This document shows, in pieces, positions 25,074 through 37,490 of a stretch of DNA of 64,000 nt. The stretch comes from Plasmodiophora brassicae. Taxonomy: Eukaryota. A program made the translations under genes and the position numbers. The stretch's first letter is position 1; every line of letters begins with the position of its first letter. The stretch lies in assembly GCA_036867785.1 (NCBI GenBank), contig CP145417.1, positions 682,001 through 746,000 on the forward strand. The letters run 5' to 3'. The notes beneath the pieces were generated by a model. The model searched no databases, was not told the DNA's origin, and was given only the letters and a program-made list of their open reading frames with translations.

Positions 25074-27146
25074 TCACCCGCGTTTGAACTGATCCTTGAA
25101 CTCAGACACGCCGTCGAACGGTATCCGGATGGGGCGATCCGGCCCCTGCGGCAGGTGGTGGGCCGCCTGCTCCGGCAACCTGTGTGCCACGTACGCCGAC
25201 CTGGCCTCCGACGCCCCGTCGAACCCGGACGCGGCCGGCGCCGCACGACTGGTCGGCGTCGTCAGCCTAACGACCCTGGTCGCGTCGGCGAGCGGCGCCG
25301 TGTAACTCGCGCGCGTCTCGGTCACGCCGTCGAACGGCAGCGGCACCCGTTGGTGGTACGTCTGGCCGTGTTCCCGGGCGCGCTGCGCATCCAGAGCGAT
25401 GGGGACGTAATCGACCGCGTAGGACGAGGCGCCGTCGAACGGCGGCCGCGGCGCCGGCCCCCGCTGCCCGCCGGATTCGTCGTCATGATGCACCCGCCTG
25501 CTCGCCTGGCGCAGCTCGTCGATCGGCACCGGCCTGTAATCCGATCGCGACACGGATTCCCCGTCGAACGTCAGCGGCACCCGCGTCCAGGTGCCGAACG
25601 CGGACGTCTCCCGCCCCGGCAGCGGCATCGGCGTGTAACTCGCACGAGACTCGCTGACGCCTTCGAACGTCAGCGACGACGACGACGACGCCGCCGTGGA
25701 ATCCGCCGGCGCCGTCGTCGGCTGGCTTAGCGCGCGTCCACGATGCGGCGCCGGGTAATCGGATCGCGCCGTCGACGCCCCGTCGAACGCGGGCGTTGCC
25801 AACGCCTTCGCCATCGGCTGGCGCGCGGCCGGCGCCATCGGGTGCGACACGTAATCCGCCCGCGATGTCGACTGCCCTTCGAACGGCGTCTCGCTGATCG
25901 GGTCGACGGCGGCGGCGTGGCGACCCGATCTTGTCGCCGTCGCCGACGACCTCGTCGTCGTCGGTGGTGGTGCCCTGTAGTCCGCCCGATGCACCGACGT
26001 CCTAAGCAGGACACGTCAGGGGGCGGAGCGGGACGCGGACGCGATACTGGACGGTCCCGACCCTTCGAACGGAATGGGTTCGTCCTCGGAAGGAGCGGCG
26101 GCGTCGAACGCGACCCGATTGGCGGCGGCCACCACGTCGCTGCCGTACGGGACGTAGCAGGCGCGCGCCTCGCTGACGCCTTCGAACGGCGACGCCGCCG
26201 GGTGGCTGTCGAACGCCTGGAACGCCGACGCGGACGGTCGCGCCGGGATCGCCTTGGCGACGTCGTGACGGACGTAGCTCGACCGGGATTCGGTCGTGCC
26301 CTCGAACGGGATCTCCGGGTCGCCCGCCTCGTCGTCGTCGTCGAACGCGCCGCGATTCGCCGCCGCCTCCAGTGGCATCGCGTGGAACTCGGCACGGTAC
26401 GACGACGTCGCGTCGAAGGGCGCCGCCGACATCATCATCACGTCGTGGACGTGCACGTCCGGGTCGTCGTCGAGGCGGCGCCGGGCGGGTCCCGCGTCCC
26501 GCGCCGACGACCCGTCGTCGTCGAACGGGACCGCCCGGAAATCGGATCGGGTCGTCGACTGCCCGGTGAACGGCAGGACGAGACGTGGTTTCGGGGGCGC
26601 CGGCGCCGACGACGGCGGCCGCTGGACGTCGTGCCGTCGGTAATCGTCCCGCGCCGACGACTTCCAGGCGCCCGACGCGTTGTCGTCCGGGAAGACGGAT
26701 CCCGTGCGACGTTGCGGGTCGTTGACGATGGCCGATTCGCGATGGCTCCCAGGGTAGTACCGATAGTCGTGCGACGTCGGCACGCCCAGGAACGGGATCT
26801 TCAGCGAGCCACGCGTCGCGCTCGTCGACGGCGACGATGAGGCCGGCGGCGGCGGCGGCTGCTGGTGCACCATCGGGCGGTACTCGGCCCGGTACGACGA
26901 CACGCCCGAGAACGCGCCGTCGTGTTCGAACACGGTCGTCGTCTGGCGGCCTGCCGGCGGCGCGCCTGGCAGGTTCGCGATCGTCGTACCGGGTCGGAAG
27001 TCGGCCCGGGACGTGGACGGGCCGGTGACGGCGTGGACCCGTACCGGTGCCCTTGTCGCCGTCGACGACGACGACGGCGGCGGACCCGACCCCACCCATG
27101 GGCGGTATTCGTCGCGGTACATGGATGTCGACGCTGACGACGACAT
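25074..27146 (-). CDS. SAXO/FAM154 (Mn-motif) axonemal microtubule inner protein, 5' end uncertain
   Basis: Many repeats of PF[ED]GxSxxRxxYxP across two ORFs joined by a GT-AG intron (FEG|TSVHRADY). Confidence 0.82.
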
Positions 27147-27512
27147 GGGTGCCCAACGCGTCCCCTCGTCCCCGGGTTACCAATTGGGATCGTCGGCACC
27201 GTACCCCATGGCCAGCTGTGAAGACGGCCCTTAACGGGCAGGGCAAGGCCTCCTCCACCCGCCGCCGACTTTGTCCATTGCGCCTATGGGACGACACAAG
27301 CGCCACCTTCTCCTGCTCCAGACGCGGGCACTGTCGCTACAACGGGGTGGGTCCGGTCGGGGAGGGCCTACCCGGTCAGGTCCCGGCAGCGGTTGACGTG
27401 GAAAGATCAGTGGGGTCCTGAGCACACAGGGTCCCCGGGGGGTGTGCTCGACTGGTATCGATCGGGTAGGGTACGCGAGCCATACCGTCGACGTCGATAG
27501 GTCGTCGTCGTT

Positions 27513-29490
27513 ATGGACGCGGAGACGGCGCCGATCCCGGCGGCGGTCGACGATGACAAGGTGACGTTCGCTGACGGGTCGTTCCCCGACAAGACGTTCG
27601 GCGACGAACTCAGCAAGGACGACGACGACGACGTCGACCCGGGCGCCAAGACGCCGTTACCGCCGGATACGCCGGCGGCGGGGGCCGCTGCCGGCGTACC
27701 GCCTCGCGACCTGAAGGACGCCATCAACAGCAAGCTCCTGCCGGACCTGCCCGACGACCCGCCCGACGACCGCGTCGTCATCTCGGTGCAGCCGATCCCC
27801 AGGCGCCCGCTCAGCGAGGAGGCCCTGTTCTGCAAGGGGGCGTCGAAGCTGCCCGACCTGGAGCTGCTGAGGACCCACTTCCTGCGCGAAGGCAAGATCA
27901 CGCACGCCTGCGCCGTGCGCCTCATCGTCCAGGCCACCGAGCTGTTCAAGAAGGAGCCCAACCTGCTGCACCTGCACGACCCGATCACGGTCTGCGGCGA
28001 CCTGCACGGCCAGTACTACGACATGATGCGGTTACTGCAGGTCGGGGGCGACCCCGCCGACGTCCAGTACCTGTTCCTGGTAAGCCAGCGCGGGACGAAC
28101 GCGCTCGTCGGTTTGTACTGATCGAATGCAGGGCGACTATGTCGACCGTGGGTGCTTCTCCTGCGAGGTCGTCCTGTACCTGTACGCGGTGAAGATCACG
28201 TACCCGGAGACGTTCTTCATGCTGCGCGGCAACCACGAGTGCCGCCACCTGACGTCGTTCTTCAACTTCCGCGACGAATGCATCTTCAAGTACACGCTCG
28301 ACCTGTACAACGAGTTCATGGAGTCGTTCGACTACCTGCCGCTGGCGGCGACCATCAACGACAAGTTCCTGTGCATGCACGGCGGCCTGTCGCCCGACAT
28401 CACCGCCCTGGACGACATCAACGACATCGACCGGTTCCGGGAAGTGCCCCGCGAAGGCCCCATGTGCGACCTGCTATGGTCGGACCCGTTCGACGAGAAC
28501 CTCGAGCACGAGCCGGACGACCTGAGCGGCGGCAAGCGGGCGCCGGCCGCTGGGGGCGCCCCTGGGCCTGCCCCGCCACCGGGACCGAAACCGCAGCAGC
28601 AACCGCTGTCGCCGAAGCAGACGCCGGCCGAATCCGCCGACCAGTGGTTCACGTACAACGAGACGCGCCAGTGCTCGTTCGTGTTCGGCGTCGCCGCCGT
28701 CGACATGTTCCTGAAGAAGAACCGGCTGACGGCCGTCATCAGGGCGCACGAGGCCCAGCTGGAAGGGTACCGGATGCAGATGCAGAATAAGCACGGCATC
28801 CCCAGGGTCATCACCATATTCAGCGGTAACGTCGTCGTCTGCACGCGGGTGCATCGCGTCCAAACACGGGGCTGACCGGTTGGGCGGGTGGTCCCCACAG
28901 CGCCAAACTACTGCGACGTGTACCGCAACAAGGGCGCCTGTCTGCACTTCGACGACGAGCTGCTGAACATTCGCCAGTTCATGAACTGCGAGCACCCGTA
29001 CTACCTGCCCAACTTCATGGACGTGTTCTCCTGGTCGTTGCCGTTCGTGGCGGAGAAGGTGACCGACATGCTGGCGGCGGTGATCGACTCGAGCGGCGAC
29101 GGGTCGCAGTCGGAGAGCGAGGAGTCGCAGGAGGCGGGCGTCCCGGCCAGGGGGCCGAAGTCCAAGGTCCTGTCGGAACGCGGGCAGGTCTTCAAGGACA
29201 AGGTCCTGGCGGTGACCAAGCTGGTCCGCGTGTACAAGATCCTCCGCGAGCACAACGAGCTGATCATGCAGCTGAAGCAGCTGACGCCGAACAAGATGGT
29301 GCCGAAGGGGCTGCTGTCGCAGGGCAAGGACGCCATCCTGGCCGCCGTCGCCGACTTCAAGAGCGCACAGACCGCCGACCTAGTGAACGAGCGGCGGCCG
29401 TCGTTCGACGGGGTACCCGCGAGCATGTTCGACCCGAAACTGAAAGACAAGGAGGCGACGTCGCCGTCGTCAACGAAATCAACATCGTGA
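27513..29490 (+). CDS. calcineurin A (PP2B catalytic subunit), 3 exons
   Basis: [40 protein letters not shown]-binding [23 protein letters not shown] and autoinhibitory [15 protein letters not shown]. Confidence 0.96.
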
Positions 29491-29641
29491 GCCCATCGTC
29501 CACGGAAGAGGGGGTCACGACCAGACAGGCGTGTGCGGTGGTCCCATTCATTAAACGTATTCACTGGATTGACGACCGACCGACCGATCGCCGTCTCGGG
29601 CACGCCACGCTTCCCAGTTCATTAACCACGGCAGATGACGA

Positions 29642-30112
29642 TCACTGCTGGATGGCCGCTGTCAGCTCAGCAATGACAGCGTCGTACGCGTTTCGTGGCG
29701 ACTGTGACGCGGCGACGTGGGTAGCGGCAGGCTCTGCACAGGCGCGTTCTGTGCGACCGAGTTGCGGAAACGGCGGCGGCGGAACACAAGTGTTGGGCCG
29801 CAAGGCACGGTTCGTGGCTTCCTCGATTCGCACCCGAACCGACCCCCGGACCTGTTTCAGGAACGATCGGGCAGTCGGCGATCCACACGCTCGCTCTTCA
29901 ACGCGACACAGGTGGTCACCGAACTCTTCGATGCCGCGCATGACGGCCACGAATTCACGGCCGCGCAGCAACGCCGTCGCCCGCGCCCCGACCTGCAACG
30001 CGTCGATCTGGACTGCCACGTGCTTCCTCATCTTGTCGTGCGCGTGGCTCCACGCGCGACCCAGCGCGCCATCGTCGGCGTCGACCTGCACCCACCCGAC
30101 GTCCTCGTCCAT
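29642..30112 (-). CDS. hypothetical protein
   Basis: Open frame MDEDVGWVQV... with coding-like GC3 bias, divergent from COX6B; no domain recognised. Confidence 0.5.
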   Translation of the reverse strand: MDEDVGWVQVDADDGALGRAWSHAHDKMRKHVAVQIDALQVGARATALLRGREFVAVMRGIEEFGDHLCRVEERACGSPTARSFLKQVRGSVRVRIEEATNRALRPNTCVPPPPFPQLGRTERACAEPAATHVAASQSPRNAYDAVIAELTAAIQQ

Positions 30113-30381
30113 GCTGCCCGCGCGCCCACAAGAAGTACCGGCCATTAAGGCGCCACATGTGACATGTGGTAGAGCCTCCAGGGGTCGGAGAATGTGACAA
30201 AACGGCTGCCCGTGTCCACCCGCCCGTTCGCGTACGGGATTTTGGTTGCCGGCAGCCCCCAGTGCCCAGTGTGACAGACTGGCAGTGCAGCCGTAGCCAG
30301 CGTTTGTTTTTCGGCAACTGGAATTTTTGTTCAGAGGTGGATTGAGAGTGGGGTCGACGAGGGGGACACCGTCGCCGAGGG

Positions 30382-30829
30382 ATGGCAGTTGGGCACACGG
30401 CAGCGGCGAAGGCGGAGGAGCCGGAGGTGGAGGTGGAGGAGGACGATGAGGGGGACAAGCCCAAGGCGGTGAAGTGGGACGACATCCCGGAGCGGTTCCG
30501 CAAGCCGAGCACGACGCCGTTCGACTACCGGTTCACGGCGCAGAACCAGGCGCGTCACTGCTGGACGCGGTACAACGAGTTCCTGATCTGCGCCCGCGAC
30601 AAGGGATGGCCGGATACGGAATGCCAGAAGCTGCGGAAGTGGTACCTGGGCATCTGCCCGATGGCCTGGGTAAATCGTTGTATTCGCGTTCCTGGCCGGT
30701 TCCCGCGGCGCTGAAACCTGAGTCTGCTAGGTTGAGCGCTGGCGCGAGGAACGTGCCGACGGGAGGTTCGTCGGCGTCCAGTACACCGGCGACATTGAGG
30801 ACGAAGCCGCCGCAGAGGCAGACGAGTAA
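30382..30829 (+). CDS. COX6B: cytochrome c oxidase subunit 6B, 2 exons
   Basis: DYRFTAQNQARHCWTRYNEFLIC...C...ICPMAW|VERWREERADGRF with CX9C/CX10C cysteines; intron 30670-30730. Confidence 0.92.
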
Positions 30830-30978
30830 GGGGGCGACCAGACGAACCGCTGCCACCCGCGATGCCAAGCACGTGGGGTCGTCTACTAAACCGCACACAG
30901 CGTGTGATGGTCGAACCCGTTGCCCGAAAGATCGTGTTTTTATTGGTGCAAACGAGGGAGCGACATTGGGCCGCCCAT

Positions 30979-32573
30979 CTATACGAACCGCGTGTGCTCG
31001 TTTGCAGAATGGCCATCGCCTTCTAGGGGCACATACTGAGCCATAATGCTGCGCAGCTCGTCCCTCATCTTGTTCGACGTGTGCTGGTGGTAGACGATCG
31101 CTGCCGCAATCAGGATGGCGGCCAGGATGACGATGAGCACGATGATCGTGCCAACAGATGCGCCACCGTCGTGTTCGCAACTCTCGGGATCCGTCATGAA
31201 ATCCGGCGAACCGGGCTCGTTGCATCGATCGCAAGCATCCCGCGTCTTGCCCAGCTCGCAACCCTTGCTGGGAGAGCACACGGCAGGTTCAAGGCCGTTG
31301 GTGTAGGCGGTGCACATAGTTTTCAGAACGCCACAGTGAGCCAGGTCCAGCGGCATTGGACAGGACAGCGACCCGTAGTACGTGACGCCGTTGACGATGA
31401 GAGTCGGCAAGAGGTACACGCCATCGTCCTCCTTCGCCTTGAGCTCGGCCTCAATCATACTGTTCGTCCCGCTTGTCTGGTCGGACCCACCCGAACTCTG
31501 CACACAATCATGGACGCCGTTCCACGATAGACCATCGATCTTCTCAACAACCGACTTCGAGCATGCCTAGGCGGGACGTTACCATGGGAACGCGCATAGA
31601 CCTACGATGGATAAACGGGGACCTACCTCATCAACCGTGTTGACAGAAGCACACTTTGTTCTAAACTCATTGACGTATGCCCACCAAAGGTATTCCTTCT
31701 GACCACTCTTCGCCTGCTGGAATATGCACATCTCTCGCAGGTTTTCCTGGACGACCTGAGCGCCGCTGACGCCTTCGTTCAGGTCGTGATCAGGGTCGAC
31801 GGCGCAGTACTTTCCGCTGTTGGTGCACTGGTTGCCACAGACGTCGCCCTTGTCACCTGCCGGACGGTAAGATGGTGCACAGTACATCGAACATGAAGCA
31901 ACCGCTTACATCCATAGCTCTTGCCACTGACGAAGAAGTACCGGACGTCAAACCGTGCCTTCTTCTCCAACGCCTTGGCGATATCACGGAAGTTCAGCTT
32001 GAACTCGAAAGCCTGAGGGTCCATCGACGACGTCCAGAGGCGGTAGTCGACGACATCGCTTTCAGGAAGACCGTATTCAATCGAAACCTCGATGAATGCG
32101 TCCGGGTGCTGTTCGGCCCAGTTCGTGATCTTGTCTCCAGCTGACTTCTTGATGATCATCGATGGGATGACGATGGACATTCCACTGCCGTCATTCGACA
32201 TGTGCGGGAGCGGCCCATCACCGTCGTTCTTCACGATAACGGCAGTCGCGCCTGCATCCTGCGCGTGCCGCACCTTGGTGACGAACGTGCACCCTCCTCG
32301 CTCGAACATGTACACAATCGGGTTATGATTCGGGTTATTCGGCGTCTGCTGGATCGGCTTACACCCGGCCCGGTCATCGCGATTCGAGGACCAGAAGATC
32401 TGCCCACGCAACGATCGCCCGTAGGTCGGCATACCGAACAGCGACGGCTGCTCGTCGATCTGCCCACGCAGCTCCTGCGGCTGGGTCACTGACATCCTAT
32501 TGTCAGACGATGCCCCGCACGCGATCACCACGAGCGCCAGCAGTGCGCACCACGCGCGGACGCCCACCATCAT
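30979..32573 (-). CDS. vacuolar sorting receptor (VSR/BP-80)-like PA-domain protein, multi-exon
   Basis: Signal peptide, FGMPTYG, ERGGCTFVTKVRHAQDAGA, QCTNSGKYCAVDPD, VVQENLREMC, LPTLIVNG, a TM helix, and tail MRDELRSIMAQYVPL (plant VSR: IMAQYMPL). Confidence 0.92.
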
Positions 32574-32797
32574 CGCCGCTTGCGCAAGGCACTCTCTGAG
32601 GCCGCCCAAAAATTCGCCGCGCTCCCAAAACCGGAGCCACCTATAATACAGTTGCCCCGTGATGATGAACTGCGCTGCCTGCGCACGGCGAATCGCAGGT
32701 CCCCTTGCGGCCCATCTCATCAGTCGGACCTCCTGTCGTCGACTTCGGAATGCTACAGTAGCGCCCCAGTGCCCAAATGCGATCACTGCAGACGAGG

Positions 32798-32925
32798 TTC
32801 CAATTTTCGAACGGCACACTGCGGAGGTGATCGTCAACACCTGCGCGGAACGGGACGCTCTGTCCAGCGCTTTGCTGCAGATGCTGAGGATCACGTCCGC
32901 GGTATGTGCCGCTCGAAAATTGGAA
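32798..32925. repeat. imperfect inverted repeat (arms about 32798-32844 and 32877-32925)
   Basis: ttccaattttcgaacggcacactgcggaggtgatcgtcaacacctgc versus reverse complement ttccaattttcgagcggcacataccgcggacgtgatcctcagcatctgc. Confidence 0.85.
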
Positions 32926-33570
32926 TGCCGAGCAGATGACAGTTGACGATTCCGCTGTGGTTGCTGTGGAGACGCAGGCAAGCATTCAAGTATGACGTCG
33001 CGAAATGCGTTAACATGCGCAACGAAACGGCGAATGTCCAGGACTTCGAGAGCACGTCAGCAATTGATTGCAAGTTGATAGCGCAGATGTAGCGCGCGTA
33101 TTTCGAAACAGTCGAATCCGAACAGGACCCCAACGATGCGAGCCCTGTACGTTCTGGCATGAGGGTAAGCAGGAACGCCGTCTGCTGGAACGAGCAACTA
33201 ACAGAGAGAGGGCCGACGTCAAGGTCGAATTGAGCAGGGTTCCTGAAATTGATTCAGTATTGCGGTGTCGTTCTAAAACTCAACGCGCCACCCAAGAATG
33301 TCTTTTTCTGGTGAGCGGCTCGTACCATTCTCCGTTCATCGGGTGCTGGCCTTGTGGTGTTGGGTGTATTTGTCAGTCCTGAATCGGTATACGTTACATG
33401 CTTCCTCGCTTTGCGCTTGGCGCCAACCTTCTCTTCCCAGTCGAAGTCAACGCAGAAGAGGCACTCGGCGCTTCGAACAAGGTTCGGGTGGTGCCCGCGG
33501 TACTGAACGGGGCGGCGCACAGCATATGCTAGCTCGGGAGCGCGCTCGAAGGCCTCCGAATGGCCCGCCA
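32860..33570 (-). mobile_element. decayed hAT-like transposase relic
   Basis: Frameshifted fragments AECLFC..EEKVGAKRK..FRTDKY..QHP, NPAQFDL..SFQQ..ERTGLASLGSCSDSTVSKYARYICAINLQSIADVLSKSWTFAVSL..TH..SYL..HLLGIPIFERH and TADVILSICSKALD. These resemble a DDE transposase family recalled from oomycete and other genomes. Confidence 0.65.
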
Positions 33571-33662
33571 CCGCCACCGGCAACTACAAAAGGAGAGGGC
33601 CGTACTTTTTCCGCGGCAATCTGCGATAGGATTACTCCGCGAGCAACGGCTTCGAAGCGGTG

Positions 33663-34308
33663 ATGGTATGGGAGGTGGATGACGCCGCGCTGCCGATTTG
33701 GGGTGGCTGATGGGCGGTATGGTCTGCGCAGGCGAACGATGCGATGAAGAAGCGCGGAAAGCGGTACGCCAGCACGTCGGCGCTGTACTTGCAGATCACG
33801 ATCGGCGTTCAGGTCAGTATTCGACGGATCCGCCACCCGTCATTGTCGTCTGAACGGCGTGTTTGCAGCTGGTGTATCTTGTGTTTCGGGTTATGTTCTT
33901 CTGGTCCACGTTCTCAGCGTGGTGGTCGTGGGCTCTGCTCGCAGCAAGCCAGGCGATCTGCTATCAGCTGATCCTGGCTGGAATTGCCAGCGGCAGGAAA
34001 TACTCGTACTACCAGGACATTCTGTTCATCAGCTGGTTCGTTCAAGTCACATTGTGTGTCACAGAGTACGCCTGGATCACTGCGTTGCTGGTCGGTATTC
34101 TTCCATTGTCGTCGTCCCTTATTACTCAGCATTGTCGCAGATTCCCGGGTACATATTGTTCAAAGCTGGATCCTACGTCTTCTCGTCGCTGAAGGCCACA
34201 GAGGGCCCTACAGAAGAGATCGAGCTATCGGAGAGAGAAAAGAAGAAGCTGGCCAAGCTCGAGCGGCACAACAAGCAACGGGAAGCCCGTTACGGCAAGC
34301 TTCAGTAA
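33663..34308 (+). CDS. TMEM208: TMEM208/SND2 (DUF788) SRP-independent targeting protein, 4 exons
   Basis: Spliced M|ANDAMKKR...YSYYQDILFISWFVQ...LL|IPGYILFK...KKKLAKLER; TM helices plus a basic tail. Confidence 0.82.
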
Positions 34309-34427
34309 TGAAACGGACTGAGGCGTTCATGGCAACAGTTTGTCTGGATTGGCTGTGCGATTGTATTATAGTCGAGAGACTTTGAAAGCTGTCAACAGGC
34401 TCAAATGGGCGGTGCGCGAGCTCGATC

Positions 34428-37332
34428 TCAGTCGACGCTCATCATCTCGTCCTGGGCTGGGGTCTGCTGTGCGGGACCGTCCTCCTTCGACTCGGTCGGG
34501 ACCATCTCAGTGTCAGCGGATTCTTCGCGTACGTTAGATTCGGGTGCGGCGCCTTCCGCTGCCTTAGCGGGCCCATCCGCTGCCTTAGCGGGTCCGTCCG
34601 CAGGCTTAGGCTTTTCGACAGGCTTCGGCGTCCTCATCACTGGTTCACAAACGGCAGACAGTTCCTTGCACTTCGCATCAATGGATGCCAGCGTCAGGAA
34701 TGGGTCATCGCACTTCGAGAGCCGTTCCTGCTTTGCCTGAGCGTCGGAAAGCCACTTCTGCACCTCCTGGCACTTGCGAGAGACAGTCTCCCTCTTGCTG
34801 GTGTCAATATGAGCGAACTTCGGGTCCTGGCTCTGAACAAATTCCTCATAGGTCGCCAGCAGGTTCGCCAGGTTTGCCAGGTGCGTGTCGCGGTGTTCGA
34901 ACTCGAATAATCGGCGCGTTGCAGCGTCACCAACGGCCTTCAGAGCGTTCAGCTTTTCCACGAAAACGCTCTTCTGGGCCTCTTCGCCCTCCTCCGAGTA
35001 CAGCCACTGCTCGGTGTCGTCGAGCGACGCCAAGAACGAAGCGCGAACATCGTCTGTGAAGAAGTCGTTCAGCTCCAGCGTTGCCTTGTCCCTCATCTCG
35101 TAGATGTACGACTCCAAATCATTCCTCTTCTCAGCGGTCTCGGCAACAACCTAATCCAGAGATCACTTGTTAGCTTGACAGCAGTACACAGCACCGCGGA
35201 GCGCCTACCCTGTCTTCGTTCTCCATTGCAACTTCCCGCTCATGCAATTCTTGAAGGGCGTCCTTCTTCAAACCACCGACAACTTCGGACACCACGGTGA
35301 CATCGGTTCTGATCACCTTCTTCTTCGCAGGCGGAGCAGCAGCAGCCGTTCCAGAAGCAGATGCACTCGACGCAGGAGCGTCTTCCATCGGTACATCGGC
35401 TGACGGCGTCGCGGGAGGTTTGCCTTCCTCCGTCTCCATCGCTTCGGGAGCCTGTTCCGCAGACTCGGACGCCGGTTCCTCGTCCATGGCCGCTGCCGCT
35501 GTCGTCTCAGAAGGTGCTGGGCCTGGCGCCTGATTCTGCTCTGGGGCTTCCTGAACGGCAGTGGCAGAATCCACGCTAAGCACACCGTTCAGATCCAGCT
35601 TCACGCGAACTTTGGTCTTGACGGCACGGTCAGGGTTGACCGGTTGCGGGATATCCTGAACAACGAACCTGTTGCACGGCGGTTAGCATTCGAGCGGCGT
35701 GCAACGCAGATGCCACGTACCGTCCGAGCAGCGGGTCGATTCCGCGAACAGGGGTCTCATACTTGGCTGTAATCTGGAACGGGTCGGACTTGAAGAAGCT
35801 GACCATCTTGACCTGGGGGATCGGGTTGAAACGCGGGAAGAGCTTGTTGACGTTGGACGCATCAACAGGGCCTGTGGATACCGGGCCGAAAACGAAGTCG
35901 ACGCCATAGGGGATGACATCTTGGACGTCGAATTCGCGTACTTTGAAGCTGGGTGACAGCATCGCACACTGAAGAGCAGCACCACGGGCGACAGCTTCGT
36001 CTCCATCGCAGGTCGTCGAGCACGGCTTTCCGAACCAGTTGTCCAGGGCGCTGCGGACGGCTGGGATACGAACGGTGCCTCCAACCAATTCCACGGAATG
36101 CAGATCGGACACTTTCGTGCCCAGATCGTGCAAAAGCGTCTTGATGGGCACGAGGATGCGCTCAAGGAGCCCGCTGGCCAACGTTTCGAATTCGGTTCGA
36201 GTCACCATTCCCTTAACGTCGACGTCGTTCATGATGCATTCAACGTTCCACGGGGCCTCATAGTTCGCCGAAAGCCTACATGCCGCAGTCAGCAACCGAA
36301 GTGTCAGGCACAGAGCTGGCGCTGCCTCACGTCTTCTTTGTACGCTCCGCCGTATGGGCGAGTCGCAGGAGAGCCTTGGTACTCTTGGTGACATCGAGCC
36401 GATTCTTCTCCGCGATGTCGCCGATGAACCTTTGGAGCAGGACGTTGTCGAAGTCACGCCCGCCGAGGTTCTGGTCAGAATTGTGCCCGAGCACCTTGAG
36501 TTTCCCTGCGTTTGCGTGAATGAGCGGGCGCAAGTCGGCACTCCTAATTACGCCCCACCTTGTATGAACGACACCAGGGACACATTGGTCGCACAGTGGC
36601 CAATGTCGACAAAGAGGACCTTGATCGGTGCTGCATCTGGCAGCACACGAAGGATCCCGTACGTTAGCGCCACGGCCGTTGTCTCATGCATCAGACGGAG
36701 AACGTTCAGGTTCGCGACGTGAGCGGCATCCAGGATCGCACGCCGCTGGACATCCGTGTAATACGGCGGGATCGTGATGACACCTGAGATGTTCACCGGT
36801 TAGCGAACAACAAGTCGGCCTCATATTTCCACAATGTCGTTCCGTACAGTCATGAACCGTCTGCGGCGTCAGCGCCTTCTCCGCAATTCGTTTCAGGCAG
36901 CCGAACAGTGCTGCTACGATCTGCTCCGACGTGAACGTGTTCTGCTGGTCCATGTAGTTGACCTCGACTCCGATATTGCCGTTGGGCAGCTCTACCGTTT
37001 TGAAGAAGAACCTGTCAGGGTCGCGATCAATCTTCCCGCGCCCCATTCACCTGCTGCCATGTGGGCGCTACATACAGTTTCCTATCGTTTTGAAAATCTG
37101 GATGATCGAATCGTTTCCCAATGATTCGCTTGAGGTTGTCGACCGTGTTCGACGCGTTCGACACAAGGCGGATGGCGGCAGCTTCGCCGAGCTGGCGGAC
37201 GCGCCCATCGAACGCAACGAGGGTCGGCGTTTTCCGATTGGAGACCTCGTTGGTGACCACCTCGACGACGCCCTTGCGGGCGACCGAGATGATGCAGTTC
37301 TGGTTGCCGAAATCGATGCCGACGACCGACAT
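34428..37332 (-). CDS. HSP110/SSE-type Hsp70 family nucleotide exchange factor, multi-exon
   Basis: MSVVGIDFGN, NEVSNRKTP, LGGRDFD, DEAVARGAALQCAMLSP, an acidic insertion, and NDLESYIYEMRDK...QWLYSEEGE. Confidence 0.96.
34555..34601. repeat. 21-bp coding tandem repeat (ADGPAKA) in the HSP110 tail
   Basis: tccgctgccttagcgggccca / tccgctgccttagcgggtccg. Confidence 0.8.
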
Positions 37333-37449
37333 GTCTGCGTGATGCGGTCAGGGAACTTGAAGATTGCCAAGCGCACGGAGTCCGTGGGGATCGGTTCTCA
37401 AGATTGTACAACCGCGCCGAGCAGACGCCCCGCAATTCCGCGCGCCTGT

Positions 37450-37490
37450 GGAACATTCCGATCCCCGCCGGGAATGTTCTTAGATTCCAG
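37450..37490. promoter_or_regulatory. heat shock elements upstream of HSP110
   Basis: Two nGAAnnTTCn units (GAACATTC 37451-37458, GAATGTTC 37472-37479) about 120-150 bp upstream of the ATG at 37332. Confidence 0.7.
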
